From: Sandaracinaceae bacterium
GTDB taxonomy: Bacteria; Myxococcota_A; Polyangia; Polyangiales; Sandaracinaceae
Assembly (NCBI GenBank): GCA_044220955.1
Contig: JBGAQA010000025.1
Span: forward strand, 1 to 64,000
Reading direction: 5' to 3'
DNA: 64,000 bases
This document shows, one piece after another, positions 61,973 through 64,000 of this stretch (positions within the stretch are counted from its first letter, which is position 1; every line of letters begins with the position of its first letter). The translations under genes were made by a program, and so were the position numbers. Below the pieces are notes generated by a model. That model worked only from the letters and a program-made list of their open reading frames with translations. It was not told where the DNA came from and did no database searches.

Positions 61973-62995
61973 ATGAACGACCAGAACAAGAAGACGCTGC
62001 GACAGTTCCAGTGCCGCGACTACCTCTGGGAGATCTTCGAGCAGATGAGCCAGGAGCTCGAGTGCTCGGTCGATTACCTGGTGAACGAGGCGATGCGACA
62101 GTACGCGCGCTCCCGGAACTACGGCGGCCGCGCCGAGCCGACCGGGCCGACCGCGACACCGGGCGGAGCGCCGCCACCGCGGGCGCCCTCGACGCCAGGG
62201 CAGATGCCCGCCGTCCAGGCCGCCGCCCCCGCGCTGCAGCAGCCGCCCGTGCCGGGCGCGCCGGGACGTCCGCGCAACCCCAGCCAGCCGCAGATCCCGT
62301 CGGCGCCGCCGGGACCGCCCGTCCGGCCGGGCTACCCCGCGCCGCCCGCGTACGGAGCGCCGCCGCCCAGTAACCCCGGCTTCGCGTCGGGAACTCCGGG
62401 CTATCCGGCGCCGCCGCCGCGCTCGTCACCCGGCGGCTACCCGGCGCCGCCACAAGGCGCCGGCGCCTACCCGGCGCCGCCCGCCCCCTACGGTGGCGGC
62501 GGTGGCGGTGGCTATCCCCCGGCGAGCGGGGGTTACGGAGCGCCGCCGCCCAGCAGCCCGAGCTTCGGCGGCGCGCCCGCCGCCCGCCCGTCCTCGTATC
62601 CCCCGCCACCGACGCAGCGCCCGCCCGCCATGGGCGCGGGCGTGGGACAGCCTCCGCCGCTGCGCCCCTCGATGCCGCAGGCGCCCGCGCCCGCGCCGAT
62701 GGACACCGGCGCCATGCCGACGCTCTTCGTGATCTTCAACGGGCAGAAGTACCCGGTGCAGAAAGAGGAGTTCATCATCGGGCGCGGCAACAAGACCGCC
62801 GACCTGCCCATCAAGGACGGCAACATCTCGCGCCGGCACGCCGCGATCATCTTCCAGAACGGCGGCTTCTACATGAAGGACCTCGGCAGCACGAACGGCA
62901 TCGAGTTCCAGGGACGCCGCGTCGACACCAAGCGCATCGAAGAGGGCGACGTCTACCAGCTCTGCGACTACGAGCTGCGCTGCACGTATCGCTGA
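61973..62995 (+). CDS. RHH-like / Pro-rich / FHA domain protein
   Basis: N-terminal RQFQCRDYLWEIFEQMSQELECSVDYLVNEAMRQY; FHA motifs IIGR, ISRRHA, DLGSTNG. Confidence 0.88.
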   Translation: MNDQNKKTLRQFQCRDYLWEIFEQMSQELECSVDYLVNEAMRQYARSRNYGGRAEPTGPTATPGGAPPPRAPSTPGQMPAVQAAAPALQQPPVPGAPGRPRNPSQPQIPSAPPGPPVRPGYPAPPAYGAPPPSNPGFASGTPGYPAPPPRSSPGGYPAPPQGAGAYPAPPAPYGGGGGGGYPPASGGYGAPPPSSPSFGGAPAARPSSYPPPPTQRPPAMGAGVGQPPPLRPSMPQAPAPAPMDTGAMPTLFVIFNGQKYPVQKEEFIIGRGNKTADLPIKDGNISRRHAAIIFQNGGFYMKDLGSTNGIEFQGRRVDTKRIEEGDVYQLCDYELRCTYR

Positions 62996-63009
62996 AGGCG
63001 TAGGGCTCG

Positions 63010-64000
63010 GTGACCCGAGACTCCACGCGGCCTCCGCGCTCCGAGCGACCGTCCTCGAGCTTGCTGCTCGTGCCGCGGCGGACCATCAGCGCGCCGCCGC
63101 CCGATCCCGCGATCGCGGTCGGCGCGAAGAACGCCATCGAGACCTGCCTCGGTATCCGACCCGGCGAGAGCGTCGTGATCGTCACGCACAAGGGCGAGGT
63201 CACGCCCATCGCGGCGGCGCTGCTCGATGCCGCGACGAACGTCGGCGCCAGCGTCGAGGCGTTCGTCGTCGGGCCGAACGAGGCCGCCGATCCTCGCTTC
63301 GCGGCGATGCTGCTCGCTCACGTCGCGCGCGCCGACGCGTCCATCCTGGTGTCGGCCATCATGGGAGGGCTGCCGACCGAGCTGCGCCGCAGGCTCGTCG
63401 AGGTCGGCACGACCAAGCGCCGCCACGGCCACATGATCGGCATCACGGCCGCGATGATGAGCCAGGCCATGCGCGCCGACTACGCGGAGATCGAGCGCGT
63501 CTCGCAGTGGGTCGCCAGGAAGCTCACCGCGACCGCGCGCATCGTCGCCACGACGACGAGCGGCACCGAGCTCGAGATCGGCATGGAGCCCAGCGCCGAC
63601 GTGGTGGTCGCGAGCGGGGTCCTCCACGGGCCTGGCTGGACGAACCTGCCGGGGGGCGAGGTCTACGGCGTGCCGTCGCGCGTCGAGGGCACGCTCGTGC
63701 CGGACGGCGGCCTCTGGCTGCCGGAGGGCACGGAGCTACCGCTCGCGTTTCGCATGCAGATCGTGTTCGAGCGCGGCGAGGTCGTCCGGCTCGACGGCGC
63801 GAGCGAGCCCTGCGCGCGCCTCGAGGCGGCGCTGCAGGCGTCGAACGGCGGGCGCCGCGTGGGCCAGGTCGGCTTCGGCACCAACACCGGGGTCGTGGCA
63901 CCGATCGGGGCGCTCCTGCAGGACCTCAAGCTCCCGGGCTTCCACCTCTCGCTCGGTCACACGTGTCCCGAGGTCACGCACGCGAGCTGGGACTCGGACG
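63010..64000 (+). CDS. M29/aminopeptidase T-like protein, runs off the window end (absent from the ORF track)
   Basis: Read by hand from GTG 63010 (start uncertain): AKNAIETCLGIRPGESVVIVT, SGTEL, NLPGGEVY, GQVGFGTN, DLKLPGFHLSLG. Confidence 0.8.
   Translation, partial: MTRDSTRPPRSERPSSSLLLVPRRTISAPPPDPAIAVGAKNAIETCLGIRPGESVVIVTHKGEVTPIAAALLDAATNVGASVEAFVVGPNEAADPRFAAMLLAHVARADASILVSAIMGGLPTELRRRLVEVGTTKRRHGHMIGITAAMMSQAMRADYAEIERVSQWVARKLTATARIVATTTSGTELEIGMEPSADVVVASGVLHGPGWTNLPGGEVYGVPSRVEGTLVPDGGLWLPEGTELPLAFRMQIVFERGEVVRLDGASEPCARLEAALQASNGGRRVGQVGFGTNTGVVAPIGALLQDLKLPGFHLSLGHTCPEVTHASWDSD

Overview
High-GC (roughly 70-75% by eye) bacterial chromosomal window, very likely from Myxococcota (Polyangia, Sandaracinaceae-like). 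This placement rests on AgmX/PglI-type domains, a DUF1552/DUF1592 pair, MYXO-CTERM-like and Cys-rich lipoproteins, multiple Hsp70s and mevalonate genes. About 60 real CDSs can be separated from many GC-driven shadow ORFs. They include polA, two DnaK-like paralogues, an orphan gcvPB, an MCP, fabH, a KS/chain-length-factor pair, an acyl-CoA carboxylase pair, phosphomevalonate kinase and HMG-CoA reductase, a Ser/Thr kinase, a dehydratase plus flavin-dependent halogenase, PLD, AsnB/GT2/GT-C envelope genes, a two-component system and an RHH-FHA protein. No rRNA, tRNA, CRISPR array or transposase was seen. Main leads: (1) a 73-aa stand-alone protein resembling the GyrA/ParC N-terminal winged-helix region; (2) an M24 peptidase whose acidic metal ligands appear replaced by His; (3) an atypical-composition island (XRE / TM-zinc ribbon / small Ca-motif protein / M48 protease / RHH-PIN); (4) a dispersed xanthomonadin/aryl-polyene-like KS-CLF, dehydratase and halogenase set; (5) TANNNT boxes 6-10 nt before many start codons, suggesting leaderless transcription; (6) two tiny uORFs linked by start/stop overlaps into a response regulator. 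All family calls come from motifs recognised by eye, not from database searches.
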